Source: an uncultured Gemmatimonadales bacterium (GTDB lineage Bacteria; Gemmatimonadota; Gemmatimonadetes; Longimicrobiales; RSA9). Taken from it: a stretch of DNA of 64,000 bases. Positions 54,282-64,000 of the stretch are shown piece by piece; position 1 is the stretch's first letter, and every line of letters starts with the position of its first letter. Location of the stretch: positions 14,684-78,683 of the forward strand of contig CAWCUS010000005.1 in the NCBI GenBank assembly GCA_963798845.1, in the 5' to 3' direction. The notes beneath the pieces were generated by a model that saw only the letters and a program-made list of their open reading frames with translations, ran no database searches and had not been told where the DNA came from. Both the position numbers and the translations under genes were made by a program.

Positions 54282-55013
54282 CTAGAGACGTCCGAAGAGG
54301 TCGAGGAAGCGGAGCGTCCAGACGCGCCAGACTGCCTCCCAGATGATTCGCTTCGACATCTTGGATTCGCCCACGTCCCGATCCGCGAACACGATGGGAA
54401 TCTCGCCGAGGGAGAATCCGTTGCGCCAGGCTCGCAGGCTGATCTCGATCTGGAACGCGTATCCCTCAGATCCGACGCGGTCTAAGTCGATTGACCTTAA
54501 AACATTGGCGCGGAAGCACTTGAACCCTCCAGTCGCATCCGTTACTGGAAGTCCGGTGGCGACGCGCGCATAGAGGTTGGCGAACCAGGAGAGGAGGAGG
54601 CGGGACATCGGCCAGTTGATGACGGTTACGCGGCCGTGGAGGTAACGGGAGCCGAGGACGACGTCGAACTCGCGGACGGCGTCGAGGAACTGCGGGAGGT
54701 GGCTGGGGTCGTGTGAGAAGTCGGCGTCCATCTCGAAGAGGACATCGTAGTCGCGCTCGAGCCCCCATTTGAAGCCGGCGATGTATGCGGTTCCGAGGCC
54801 GAGCTTCCCTTCCCTCGTGAGGACGTGAAGCCGGGGTTGCGCGGCGGCGATCTGCTCGGCGAGCTGGCCGGTTCCGTCGGGCGAGGCGTCGTCGATGATG
54901 AGGATCTCGAGGCGCGGGTCCTGCTCGAGGACGAGGGGGACGAGGCGTCGGATGTTGTCGCGCTCGTTGTAGGTCGGCACGACGACCAGGGCCTTCTCCA
55001 GCTTATCTCCCAT
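54282..55013 (-). CDS. Polyprenol-phosphate mannosyltransferase (DPM1/Ppm1-like GT2)
   Basis: 243 aa. VVVPTYNERDNI, ILIIDDASPDGT, REGKLGLGTAYIAGF, FEMDADFSHDP, ATGGFKCFR. Confidence 0.88.
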   Translation of the reverse strand: MGDKLEKALVVVPTYNERDNIRRLVPLVLEQDPRLEILIIDDASPDGTGQLAEQIAAAQPRLHVLTREGKLGLGTAYIAGFKWGLERDYDVLFEMDADFSHDPSHLPQFLDAVREFDVVLGSRYLHGRVTVINWPMSRLLLSWFANLYARVATGLPVTDATGGFKCFRANVLRSIDLDRVGSEGYAFQIEISLRAWRNGFSLGEIPIVFADRDVGESKMSKRIIWEAVWRVWTLRFLDLFGRL

Positions 55014-55089
55014 GCCGTCTTGAAGTTAGCGATGCCGCCGGCTAGGTTGCGGCGACTGCAAAGGTACCCCCTTCCCCGGCCGGCTACAA

Positions 55090-57303
<2,214 letters not shown>

Positions 57304-57304
<1 letters not shown>

Positions 57305-58329
57305 TGCGGGTTCTCGTCACGGGCGCCGACGGCTTCGTCGGTCAGCACGTGCTCGCCGAGCTGCTCCGTCGCGGGCACGGCGTGGTAGGCGGGATCGCAG
57401 GCGAGCGCCCGGCGCCCGGCACGCTCGGAGAGGACGCCAGGCAGGCTGTCGAATGGGCGCGTTTCGACCTGCGCGACGCCAGCTCCGTGGAGCGGCTGGT
57501 GACGGAGTCGGAGCCGGACGCGGTCGTCCACCTCGCCGCGGCCTCCTCCGTGTTCAGGAGCTGGCAGGAGCCGGAACATACGTTCGAGGTCAACACCGGC
57601 GGAACGCTGAAGCTCCTGCTGGCCGTGGGCGGCCTCCCGACGCCACTGGTGCGGCGTCCGGTCCTGCTGGTGGGATCCGGTGAGGCCTACGGTCGGTCCG
57701 GTACCGAAGCCGACCCGCTCACCGAGGCGCTCCCGCTTCGCCCGACCAGCCCCTACGCCGCCAGCAAGGCGGCGCAGGAGATGCTGGGCTGGGCGTTCGG
57801 CGGCGACCACGCGGTGCGCATGATACAGACCCGGACCTTCCCGCACCTGGGCCCCGGCCAGGCGGCCACCTTCGTCGCGCCCGACTGGGCCGTGCAGCTC
57901 CTGGCCATTGAGCGTGGGGAGCGACCCGCCACGCTGCGCGTCGGAAACCTGGACGTGGTGCGGGACTTCCTCGATGTTCGCGACGGCGCGGCGGCTTACG
58001 CCGACCTCCTGGAGACGGACACCGCGGCGGGGGTATACAACGTCTGCTCGGGTCGCCCCACGCCGCTGCGAACGCTCCTCGAGGCGCTCGTGCGGGTGGT
58101 TGGCGTCCAGGTGACCCTGGACACGGACCCGGCAAGGCTGCGGCCGGCGGACATCCCGTCGCTGGTGGGTGATCCGACTCGACTGATCGCGGAGACGGGG
58201 TGGCGGCCGCATCGCACGCTCGACGACACCCTGCGAGACCTCGTCGCCCACCTGCGAGCCGCGCCGGGCGCCCCGGCACAGAGGCGGCCCGGGAGCGAGT
58301 CGCGCGAGGGGAGTGAGGCGCGACCGTGA
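57304..58329 (+). CDS. rmd: GDP-4-dehydro-6-deoxy-D-mannose reductase (Rmd-like; GDP-D-rhamnose synthesis)
   Basis: ATG 57304 shares 1 nt with the gmd stop. VLVTGADGFVGQH, SPYAASK, HLGPGQ..FV, VGNLDVVRDFLDVRD, VYNVCSG and DPARLRPADI resemble Rmd rather than Fcl. Confidence 0.8.
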
Positions 58330-59117
58330 GCCTCGGCGGCAAGATCTCGCTCGCGCTGCGGGCTTCCAGGAACGTGCTGCTCGGCGGAAATCTGGCGTCA
58401 CTGCCGCTGCTGGGCCGGCCGCGCGCCCTGCTCCGCTACGCCTCGGAAACGCTCTTCGAGTACCAGCTCGAGCACGGCCGCGGCCTGCCTCGCCGCGCCG
58501 TCTACGACGCCTTTCCCCTTTCCGCCGCGGATGTGCGGCTGGCCCGGCTGGGCGGCTACAACTGGCTCCACAGCGAGACGGCCCCGTTCGCCCATGACCT
58601 CCTCGGACTCCTGCTCCTCTGCCGGGCGCTGGAGCCGCGGATCGTCTTCGAGATCGGGACGTTCGTGGGATACACCTCGCTGCACATGGCGCTGAATTCT
58701 CCAGCCGACGCCCGGCTCTTCACGCTCGATCTGCCACCCGACGACCGAGGAACGAGCCTTCGGACCACGGCCACCGACCACAAGCTCATCGACCGGGAGA
58801 TCGGCCCTGCGCTCTTCGAAGGCTCCGAGGTGGCCGACCGGGTAGCTCGGCTTTACGGTGACAGCGCCGCGTTCGACTTTTCGCCGTGGCACGGGAAGGT
58901 GGACCTGTTCTTCGTGGACGGCGCGCATTCGTACGAATACGTCCGTTCCGATACACGGAACGCGCTGCAGTGCGTGCGGCCGGGCGGGGTCGTGGCGTGG
59001 CACGACTATGGCCGGCGCGAGCAGAGCGGCGTCACACGATTCCTGAACGAGTTCGCCCGGGACCACGAGGTGTACGCGGTCCCCAACGGGTCTTTGGCCT
59101 ACTACCAGGTGGGATGA
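58326..59117 (+). CDS. Class I SAM-dependent methyltransferase (Methyltransf_24 / O-MT-like)
   Basis: 263 aa. IVFEIGTFVGYTSLHMA, DLFFVDGAHSYEYV, PGGVVAWHDYG. GTGA overlap with rmd stop. Confidence 0.75.
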   Translation: MSLGGKISLALRASRNVLLGGNLASLPLLGRPRALLRYASETLFEYQLEHGRGLPRRAVYDAFPLSAADVRLARLGGYNWLHSETAPFAHDLLGLLLLCRALEPRIVFEIGTFVGYTSLHMALNSPADARLFTLDLPPDDRGTSLRTTATDHKLIDREIGPALFEGSEVADRVARLYGDSAAFDFSPWHGKVDLFFVDGAHSYEYVRSDTRNALQCVRPGGVVAWHDYGRREQSGVTRFLNEFARDHEVYAVPNGSLAYYQVG

Positions 59118-61507
59118 TGGCAGCGAGAGCCGACGCATCGGATCGGGCCCGCGCAGCCGAGCGCGACCGCCCGGACGCGGGATGGCTGACAGCGTGGACC
59201 GCGGCCGCGATCTACTTCGGGCTGTCCGTGATCTACTTCCTGCCGGCGTTCCTGCCCGGCCGGCACATCTTCGGAAGCGACTACCTCGCCGGCGCGTTCT
59301 TCGCCCACGACTTCATCTCGCAGCGCTTCGCCGCCGGCGCGCTGCCGAAATGGGACCCGTTCCTGTACGGAGGCGTTCCCATGTTCGCCAACCCGGGGAG
59401 CGCCTTCTATCCGTTCCGCTTCCTGGCGGACCTGGTCTTCCCCACCAGCCGGATCTTCCCGGCGATGTTCGTCATTCAGTTCACCCTCGCCGGAATCGGC
59501 GCCTACGCCCTCGGCGTCGAGCTCGGCGCACGACGCTGGGTGGCCTTCATCGTCGGCCTCGCCTTCCAGTTCACCGGCCTGGTCATGTCATTCGTCTTCG
59601 CCGGCCACGACGGCCGGATCATAGTGGCCACGTTCGCGCCGCTCTTCCTGTTCTTCCTGCACAGGGGCGTGCGGACGGGGAGCATCGCCGCGTTCGCGGG
59701 CATGGGCGCGGTGCTCGGGTTTTCGCTCCTGTCGTTCCAGATCCAGAGCAACTACTACCTGCTGCTGGCGGGGGCGGCGTGGGCCGTGTTCGCGCTGGTG
59801 CGGGAGCGGCGCCAGACGACGGGCAGGGCGCTGGCCGCCCGCGCCGGGATGGGCCTTGCCGCCGTCGCGCTGGCGTTCGGAATGGCCGCGGTGAACTTCC
59901 TCCCGTTCGCCGGCTACGTGGATGCCTCGCCCCGGGGCGGCCCTGGACGAGGGTACGAGTACGCCACCTCCTGGTCCATGCCACCGTCCGAGATCAGCGG
60001 GCTGGCGTTGCCGGAGCGGGCCGGGATCCTGGAGAACTACCAGGGGGAGAACCCGTTCAAGCTGCACACCGAGTACGTGGGGGCCGTGATCGTGCTGCTC
60101 ACGCTCGTAGGCGGCTGGGTCTCCCGGCGCGACCCGGTGTGGTGGTTCTTCCTGGCCCTCGGGATGTTCGCCCTGACCCTCTCGTTCGGCGGCTACACGC
60201 CCATCTACCGGGTGTACTACGACCTCCTTCCGGGCACGGCCAAGTTCCGGGCGCCGTCCATCGCCTTCTTCCTGGTCTCCACGGCGCTCGTGGCCATGGC
60301 CGGGCTTACGCTCGAGCGGTTGGCGGCGCTGCGCGAGGGGAGCCGCCGCGATCCCGAGGGCGCGCTGGATGCCGTCCCCTGGATCCTCGTCGGGGCTTCC
60401 GTGGTCGCCCTCGTGATCCTCCTCGCGGCGGCGGGCGGCAGCGCCGGCGATGCCCGGGCGGCGGCGCTCGCCGGCGGCGCGTTCCGCCTGGCCATCGTGA
60501 CCTGGCTCGCGTCCGGCGTACTCTGGCTCTGGCTGCGCGGGTCCGTCCCTTCCGGGGTTGTGGCGGCGACGCTGGCGGTGCTGGTGGTGGTGGACCTGTG
60601 GGTCGTGGACCGGCACTTCTTCGAGACGGTGGAGCCACCGTCCGCCATGTTCGCCGCCGACGGCGTGGTGCACGCGCTGAAGGGCCAGCCCGGTCCATTC
60701 CGGGTGTGGGCGCTCCCGATCAGCGTCGGGAACGCGCCGCCATACCGCAACAACACGAACTACCTCATGTATCACGGCCTGGAGCAGGCTGGCGGGGAGC
60801 ACGGCAACCAGCTCCAGCGCTACAACGAGTTCGTGGGCGCCGGGCAAACCAGCTACGTGGACTGGCACAACTTTCTGGGTGACCTCCAGCGCCTCATCCA
60901 GGCACCGGCGGGCCCATCCGCCGCGCGCGCCAGCTACCTCCGCGCGGCCAACGTGCGGTACATCGTGAGCACGGCCGGGATACCGGGCCTGCCCGAGGTG
61001 TATCGCGGTCCCGAGGGCGCGGTGTACGAGGTGCCGGGCGCGCTGCCACGGGCCTGGCTCGTCGGGCGCGTCGTCGTCGCGTCGGAGGGCCACGAGGCCC
61101 TGGGCTTCTTCGACGACTCGACCTTCGACCCGGCCAGGACCGCGGTACTGACCGAGCCTCTCGACCCGGCGCTTCCGGACTCACCGCTGCGCGGCGACGC
61201 CCGGGTGGCGGAGCACGCTCCCGACCGCGTCCGCATCGCGACGAACGCCAACCGCACGGCTCTCCTCGTGCTGGCGGACAACTACTACCCGGGATGGCGC
61301 GCCACGGTGGATGGCAGCGACACGCCAGTGCACCTGGTGAATGAGACATTCCGCGGCGTTGTCGTGCCCGCCGGGCGGCACGAGGTCACTTTCGTCTTCC
61401 ACCCTTCTCCGCTGTACACGGGAGTGGTTGTCACGCTCGTCTCGGCGCTCGTCCTCCTCCTCGCCGCGGCCGTGCCGGCACTCCTTCGTCGACGGGCCGC
61501 CGCCTGA
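59114..61507 (+). CDS. YfhO-like polytopic membrane glycosyltransferase (GT-C type)
   Basis: ATG 59114 (ATGA overlap). 797 aa, more than 10 TM segments, N-terminal LPKWDPFLYGGVPMFANPG. C-terminal extracytoplasmic domain with ADNYYPGWRATVDGSDTPVHLVNETFRGVVVPAGRHEVTF, typical of the YfhO family. Confidence 0.7.
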   Translation: MMAARADASDRARAAERDRPDAGWLTAWTAAAIYFGLSVIYFLPAFLPGRHIFGSDYLAGAFFAHDFISQRFAAGALPKWDPFLYGGVPMFANPGSAFYPFRFLADLVFPTSRIFPAMFVIQFTLAGIGAYALGVELGARRWVAFIVGLAFQFTGLVMSFVFAGHDGRIIVATFAPLFLFFLHRGVRTGSIAAFAGMGAVLGFSLLSFQIQSNYYLLLAGAAWAVFALVRERRQTTGRALAARAGMGLAAVALAFGMAAVNFLPFAGYVDASPRGGPGRGYEYATSWSMPPSEISGLALPERAGILENYQGENPFKLHTEYVGAVIVLLTLVGGWVSRRDPVWWFFLALGMFALTLSFGGYTPIYRVYYDLLPGTAKFRAPSIAFFLVSTALVAMAGLTLERLAALREGSRRDPEGALDAVPWILVGASVVALVILLAAAGGSAGDARAAALAGGAFRLAIVTWLASGVLWLWLRGSVPSGVVAATLAVLVVVDLWVVDRHFFETVEPPSAMFAADGVVHALKGQPGPFRVWALPISVGNAPPYRNNTNYLMYHGLEQAGGEHGNQLQRYNEFVGAGQTSYVDWHNFLGDLQRLIQAPAGPSAARASYLRAANVRYIVSTAGIPGLPEVYRGPEGAVYEVPGALPRAWLVGRVVVASEGHEALGFFDDSTFDPARTAVLTEPLDPALPDSPLRGDARVAEHAPDRVRIATNANRTALLVLADNYYPGWRATVDGSDTPVHLVNETFRGVVVPAGRHEVTFVFHPSPLYTGVVVTLVSALVLLLAAAVPALLRRRAAA

Positions 61508-61521
61508 GCGCCGGGGCTCGC

Positions 61522-62460
61522 GTGTCCGACCACCGCCGAGGGCTGCTGCGCCGCGTCTTCACGGCGGCGCTGGTCGCCGCGACGCTCGTGTTCCTGGGCC
61601 TCGCCATCGGCCGGAACTGGAGCCACATCGCCAGCTTCGACTGGCACGTCCGGCCCCTGGAGCTGGTCGCGAGCGTGCTCGTTCTCCTGACCGCCCTGGT
61701 CTGGGGGATCCTTGTCTGGCACCGGGTGATCGCGCGCTTCGATGCCGAGACCCCATCCTTCCGGACCATCGTCTGGATCTGGTTCCTGTCCAATCTCGCC
61801 CGCTACGTACCGGGCAAGATCTGGCAGTTCGTCGGGGTGGTCCAGCTCGGGCGACGGGCCGGGCTCGCCGCGCCCGTCCTCCTCACCTCCCTCGTCATTC
61901 AGACCGGCATAACACTGGTGTCCGCGGCGCTGGTCTCGCTCCTGGCGCTCCCCGTCATGGCGCGCGGCCTCGGCGCCCTGGGCGACGCCGCTGTGGTGGC
62001 CGCGGCCGTGCTCGGCCTCGCGGCCGTCCATCCGGCCGTGCTGAACTTCGGGTTGCGGATGGTGCCCCGACGCCTCGCCTCCGTGGAGCTGGCGTGGACC
62101 GGATCATGGCTGGACGGGATCGTGCTCCTCGGCCTCGGCTCCGTCGCCTGGCTGATCTACGGAGCTGCGTTCGTGCTGCTGGCCGACTCACTGGTCGGCA
62201 TCCCGCTCGCCCTCGCCCCGTCCCTCGTTGCCGCGAACGCCCTGGCCTTCCTCATCGGATACATGGTCTTCATCGCCCCCGGGGGGCTCGGCGCCCGCGA
62301 AGCCGCCCTCACGCTCATGCTCGGACCCCTCGCCTCCATCGGCGTCGCCGCCGTCATCGCCGTCGCGTTCCGCCTCTGGCTGATCGTCGCCGAGCTGCTC
62401 GGCGCCGGCATCGCCGCGGCCATCGCCCGTCCGCCGGCGAGCGAACTCAACGAATCGTGA
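61522..62460 (+). CDS. Flippase-like (UPF0104 / LPG-synthase-TM) membrane protein
   Basis: 312 aa, polytopic. NLARYVPGKIWQFVG and PGGLGAREAAL motifs. Confidence 0.7.
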   Translation: MSDHRRGLLRRVFTAALVAATLVFLGLAIGRNWSHIASFDWHVRPLELVASVLVLLTALVWGILVWHRVIARFDAETPSFRTIVWIWFLSNLARYVPGKIWQFVGVVQLGRRAGLAAPVLLTSLVIQTGITLVSAALVSLLALPVMARGLGALGDAAVVAAAVLGLAAVHPAVLNFGLRMVPRRLASVELAWTGSWLDGIVLLGLGSVAWLIYGAAFVLLADSLVGIPLALAPSLVAANALAFLIGYMVFIAPGGLGAREAALTLMLGPLASIGVAAVIAVAFRLWLIVAELLGAGIAAAIARPPASELNES

Positions 62461-63493
62461 GCTGCGACGCGGGCAGCCGGTAACGCTTCATCAGCGCTAG
62501 CGCGTCCGCCGGGCGCGCAGACGACCGCCGCCAGAAGTCGCGCCGCGACCGGAGCGTGGCCGGGAGCCGAGCCACGGCCGCCAGCCAGGCCCTGAGGATG
62601 GTGCCCACGATCACGCCCTTCGATGGCATTCCCGACGTCGCCTCCGGCGTCGAGGGGGCCGCTCCGGGGCCTCCGGGCCCGGGGCCGGTCCTGGCCAGCC
62701 CGCGCGCCAGCCGCACGTAGCGCACGGCGCTGTGCCACAGCGACACCGGCCAGTACCACGCAGGCAGCAGCTTGAAGACCGTGGTGAGCCGATTGCGCTC
62801 GCCGTAGTACAGCTTCAGCGGTGAATATCGGCGCGTGGACAGCGATCGCTGATGGTAGACCACCGCGCCGCCCTCCGCCGGCACCGTACGATGTCCCAGC
62901 AGCGCAAACCGCAGGAAGAAGTCGGTCTCCTCGAAGAAGAGGAAGTAGCTCTCGTCGAACCGGATTCCCTCCAGCGCCGGCCGCCGGAAGCACATCACCG
63001 CGCCGTACGCAGCGAACGCCGCACGGCTCCTCTCCCCGACGTCCTCGGGGCGGTATGCTTCCCCGGATCCCTCGTTCTGCGCGTGCAGGTCGTCGTAGAA
63101 CCGGATGCCCAGCGAGTTCAGGACCGGCGGATCGCTCATCTCCAGCACCACACTGGACACGGCGTCCGCGCCGGGCTCCGCGGCCAGCGCCGCTTCCACG
63201 GCCTTCGACCACCCGCGCGTGAAGCGAAGGTCCATGTTGCACAGCACCACCACCTCCGCGTCCATCCGGTCGAGGAGCCGGTTCAACGCTCCCGCGTATC
63301 CCAGGTTCCTTTCCGACCGCACCACCGTCGCCGCCGGGCAGCTCGCCTCGACGGCGTCCGCCGACCCGTCCTCGGACGCGTTGTCGAACACCCACGCCCG
63401 CGCCTCCACACCTTCCTGCTCGAGGATCGATTCCACACACTCCAGCACCCGCGGCCCGCCGTTGTAGTTGACGACGCCGAAGTCCACCCTCAT
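62447..63493 (-). CDS. Glycosyltransferase family 2
   Basis: 348 aa. VVNYNGG, VFDNASEDGS, NLGYAGALN, DxD-like CNMD. Convergent 14-nt overlap with the previous gene. Confidence 0.85.
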   Translation of the reverse strand: MRVDFGVVNYNGGPRVLECVESILEQEGVEARAWVFDNASEDGSADAVEASCPAATVVRSERNLGYAGALNRLLDRMDAEVVVLCNMDLRFTRGWSKAVEAALAAEPGADAVSSVVLEMSDPPVLNSLGIRFYDDLHAQNEGSGEAYRPEDVGERSRAAFAAYGAVMCFRRPALEGIRFDESYFLFFEETDFFLRFALLGHRTVPAEGGAVVYHQRSLSTRRYSPLKLYYGERNRLTTVFKLLPAWYWPVSLWHSAVRYVRLARGLARTGPGPGGPGAAPSTPEATSGMPSKGVIVGTILRAWLAAVARLPATLRSRRDFWRRSSARPADALALMKRYRLPASQLTIR

Positions 63494-63659
63494 GGCCGAG
63501 CCCGCTCCCTGGCCCTCCCCGCATCCGGTACCTTCCGCGGGCCGGTTCGGCAGACAAACAACATCAGGTGTTTAATGATAGGTTGTTTAGTTTCAATAAC
63601 ATACGACATACCGCAATCGAGCGTCGCTCGGGAGTGTCGGTTGCCCGGCCGGCACGGCA

Positions 63660-64000
63660 TCACCCTGCCGGGGGCGCCGGCGGGAGCGGAGCGTCGCGCG
63701 TGTCGGTTCCGCGTCGGATGGCTTCGATCTCGGCGCGCTGCTGGGCGATCATCTCGGCGATGAGGCCGAACCCGAACAGGAGGAAGCCGAGGGTCTCGAG
63801 GAGTATGACGAGGTAAAGGAGCGGTCGGAAACCGAAGGGCGGCATGGCGTGGGCGACGCGGAGCGCGATGGTGACGATGCCGACGAGGATTCCGAGCCCG
63901 GCCATGACCAGGCCGCTGAGGCCGAAGAACAGCATCGGCTTGCGGGAAAAGAAGAGCACGAACGCGACGGACACCAGGTCGAGCAGGCCGACCACGATGC
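63660..64000 (-). CDS. C-terminal part of a GtrB/ArnC/DPM1-like GT2 with two C-terminal TM helices (5' end outside window)
   Basis: Frame open to the window edge. RKPMLFFGLSGLVMAGLGILVGIV and LLYLVILLETLGFLLFGFGLIAEMI are the paired C-terminal helices typical of polyprenyl-phosphate sugar synthases. Confidence 0.6.
   Translation of the reverse strand, partial: IVVGLLDLVSVAFVLFFSRKPMLFFGLSGLVMAGLGILVGIVTIALRVAHAMPPFGFRPLLYLVILLETLGFLLFGFGLIAEMIAQQRAEIEAIRRGTDTRDAPLPPAPPAG

Noticed and set aside
63568-63816. 82-aa plus-strand ORF starting in the AT-rich island
   Set aside because: Most of it is antisense to the GtrB-like gene C-terminus and it has a nonsense-like composition.

Overview
Very GC-rich bacterial chromosome segment. 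Third codon positions are almost always G/C, which also produces the many long spurious antisense ORFs in the supplied track. I can support about 60 protein genes, one tRNA and one dif site.

Nearly everything is core envelope or housekeeping, in this order:
- clpC (3' part)
- bamA-skp-lpxD-lpxC/fabZ-lpxA-(Gfo/Idh/MocA)-lpxB-(DUF374-like)-lpxK lipid A cluster
- nadB, rlmH, bshC, murJ, uvrC, gltX, larC
- TPR lipoprotein and a zinc-ribbon protein
- DUF512-der-plsY-gpsA
- merR-surE-pcm-yqaA
- tRNA-Arg(CCT)
- TPM-NTase-LemA cassette plus a secreted beta-rich protein
- ccmABCDEFGH (System I cytochrome c maturation)
- lgt
- GWxTD-like protein / GntR regulator divergent pair
- tamB-tamA
- a 28-bp XerC/XerD dif site in a convergent gap, so the window spans the replication terminus
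- a polyprenyl-phosphate-mannose synthase operon and a GDP-D-rhamnose / YfhO-like GT-C surface glycan cluster

Gene content (bamA-skp-lpx order, LpxC-FabZ fusion, bshC, GWxTD) suggests a Gemmatimonadota/FCB-like diderm. That is a guess without a search. I saw no CRISPR array, transposase, integrase, phage gene or recognisable defence gene.

Worth a second look:
- the dif site and the octamer polarity around it
- two independent +1 frameshifts in ccmF and the tamA-like gene
- three short in-frame patches where the extreme GC3 codon bias collapses (bshC, plsY, dpm)
- a translationally coupled TPM-NTase-LemA cassette
- a dpm / zinc-ribbon-PH-like / acyltransferase operon

I do not see a compelling, clearly novel multi-gene system; these candidates are modest and scored accordingly. 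All family assignments come from reading motifs in the translations, not from database searches. Reference sequences quoted (E. coli and B. subtilis dif) are from memory.
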